Source of the DNA: Rhodospirillales bacterium
GTDB taxonomy: Bacteria; Pseudomonadota; Alphaproteobacteria; Rhodospirillales; Casp-alpha2
Direction: 5' to 3'
Length of the DNA stretch: 64,000 bases
NCBI GenBank assembly: GCA_038117205.1
Contig: JAYOFL010000003.1
Span: 4,007-68,006, forward strand
Shown: positions 62,861 through 64,000 of the stretch, one piece after another
Layout of the letters: the number at the start of each line of letters is the position of its first letter
Position numbering within the stretch: position 1 is the first letter of the stretch
Program-made: the position numbers and the translations under genes
Notes under the pieces: generated by a model
Told to the model about the DNA's origin: nothing
Seen by the model: the letters and a program-made list of their open reading frames with translations, nothing else
Databases searched by the model: none

Positions 62861-64000
62861 TCAGCTTTGGGAAGCTTTCAATTCCAGCCGGCGCGCGTGC
62901 AGAACCGGCTCGGTATAGCCGTTCGGCTGTTCCAGGCCCTTGAACACCAGATCGCACGCCGCCTTGAAAGCGATGCCGTCGCAGGCCGGCGCCATCGGCC
63001 GGTATTCCGGATCGCCCGCGTTCTGGCGGTCGACGACGGCGGCCATGCGTCGCATGGTCTCCATCACCTGGTCCTTCGTGCAGACGCCATGATGCAGCCA
63101 GTTGGCGATGTGCTGCGACGAGATGCGGAGCGTCGCGCGGTCTTCCATCAGGCCGATATCGTTGATGTCCGGCACCTTGGAGCAGCCGACGCCATGGTCG
63201 ATCCAGCGCACGACGTAGCCGAGGATGCCTTGCGCGTTGTTGTCTAGTTCCGCCTGGATGTCCTTCGCCGACCAGTTCGGCCGCTCGGCCAGCGGGATCG
63301 ACAGGATGGCGTCGAGGCTGGCGCGCGGCCGGGACTTCAGCTCTTCCTGGCGTTCGGCGACCAGCACCTGGTGGTAGTGCAGCGCATGCAGCGTCGCCGC
63401 CGTCGGCGACGGCACCCAGGCGGTGTTGGCGCCGGCCATCGGATGCGCGCCCTTGGCCTTGATCATGTCGGCCATCAGATCCGGCATGGCCCACATGCCC
63501 TTGCCGATCTGCGCCCGGCCCTTGAGACCGCAGGCGAGACCGATGTCGACGTTCCAGTCCTCGTAGGCGGCGATCCAGGCCGCGCCCTTCATGTCGGCCT
63601 TGCGGATCATCGGCCCGGCTTCCATCGAGGTATGCATCTCGTCGCCGGTGCGGTCGAGGAAGCCGGTGTTGATGAACACCACCCGCTCCCGGGCGGCGCG
63701 GATGCATTCCTTGAGGTTCACCGTCGTGCGGCGTTCCTCGTCCATGATGCCCATCTTGAGGGTGTTGCGCTCGAGGCCGAGGATGTCCTCGGCGCGGGCG
63801 AACATCTCGCTCGCGAAGGCAACCTCGTCGGGACCGTGCATCTTCGGCTTCACGATGTAGACGGAACCCGCCCGGCTGTTGCGGAACTTGCCGTCGCCGA
63901 TGATGTCGTGCTTGGCGATGGCCGACGTGACGAGCGTATCCAGGATGCCTTCCCAGATCTCGTTGCCGTCGGCGTCGAGGACGGCCGGCGTCGTCATCAG
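62861..64000 (-). CDS. glcB: malate synthase G, C-terminal half (5' end outside window)
   Basis: [39 protein letters not shown] and [21 protein letters not shown] are hallmark GlcB blocks. The ORF is open to the window edge. Confidence 0.9.
   Translation of the reverse strand: MMTTPAVLDADGNEIWEGILDTLVTSAIAKHDIIGDGKFRNSRAGSVYIVKPKMHGPDEVAFASEMFARAEDILGLERNTLKMGIMDEERRTTVNLKECIRAARERVVFINTGFLDRTGDEMHTSMEAGPMIRKADMKGAAWIAAYEDWNVDIGLACGLKGRAQIGKGMWAMPDLMADMIKAKGAHPMAGANTAWVPSPTAATLHALHYHQVLVAERQEELKSRPRASLDAILSIPLAERPNWSAKDIQAELDNNAQGILGYVVRWIDHGVGCSKVPDINDIGLMEDRATLRISSQHIANWLHHGVCTKDQVMETMRRMAAVVDRQNAGDPEYRPMAPACDGIAFKAACDLVFKGLEQPNGYTEPVLHARRLELKASQS

Noticed and set aside
1-64000. Search for rRNA, tRNA, CRISPR arrays, IS elements, integrases, prophage or toxin-antitoxin and defence modules
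   Set aside because: No non-coding stretch exceeds about 230 bp. I found no cloverleaf-like or regularly spaced repeat structures and no transposase, integrase or phage-like ORFs. The window looks like core or metabolic chromosome rather than a mobile island.

Overview
The window is a GC-rich chromosomal segment with strong GC3 bias. It looks alphaproteobacterial, based on a fixI/ccoS remnant, a PAS_5/DUF1457 protein, potFGHI, and a high density of TRAP/TAXI transporters. I support about 60 real genes. They are tightly packed, and many are coupled by ATGA/GTGA/TTGA stop-start overlaps. Most long ORFs in the track that lie antisense to these genes, including the 1363-aa ORF at 23078-27169, are artefacts of GC content. 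Several track ORFs also carry spurious N-terminal extensions, and I re-called those starts.

Gene content, left to right:
- A DctP-type TRAP system with an M24 hydrolase.
- A GntR-controlled cluster of PhyH, Ldh_2, AtuA/DUF1446, PdxA-family and DUF1537-kinase genes.
- An LLM oxidoreductase.
- An intact ccoS next to a truncated fixI.
- A HAD hydrolase and phnDCEE.
- glpR-glpD-HAD-IIB.
- hisE and a Na/Pi cotransporter.
- An operon of transglutaminase/amidoligase, permuted ATP-grasp fused to alpha-E, and a second transglutaminase.
- An SDR and a CMD-family gene.
- A decayed type I secretion locus.
- A second GntR with a TAXI-TRAP system, an IlvD/Edd dehydratase and an RraA-like aldolase.
- potFGHI.
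- A Cache-HAMP adenylate/guanylate cyclase.
- A hydrolase, an SDR, a D-aminotransferase and a flavodoxin-like gene.
- A coxG plus coxS-M-L-like molybdoenzyme cluster with xdhC and mocA.
- oxyR divergent from a metal-transporter-like gene.
- A class V aminotransferase.
- AIM24, GMC oxidoreductase and a PDR-type reductase.
- A PAS_5 protein and the 3' part of glcB.

I saw no rRNA, tRNA, CRISPR, transposase or integrase.

Main points for follow-up:
- The functionally uncharacterised transglutaminase/ATP-grasp/alpha-E operon.
- Two otherwise intact genes that each carry a single in-frame stop: TAG at a conserved Trp in the large transglutaminase gene, and a TAA-ATG junction splitting the cyclase.
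- A head-to-head deletion scar in the T1SS locus.
- Two pairs of shared AT-rich operator-like motifs.
- An unannotated 40-codon membrane ORF.
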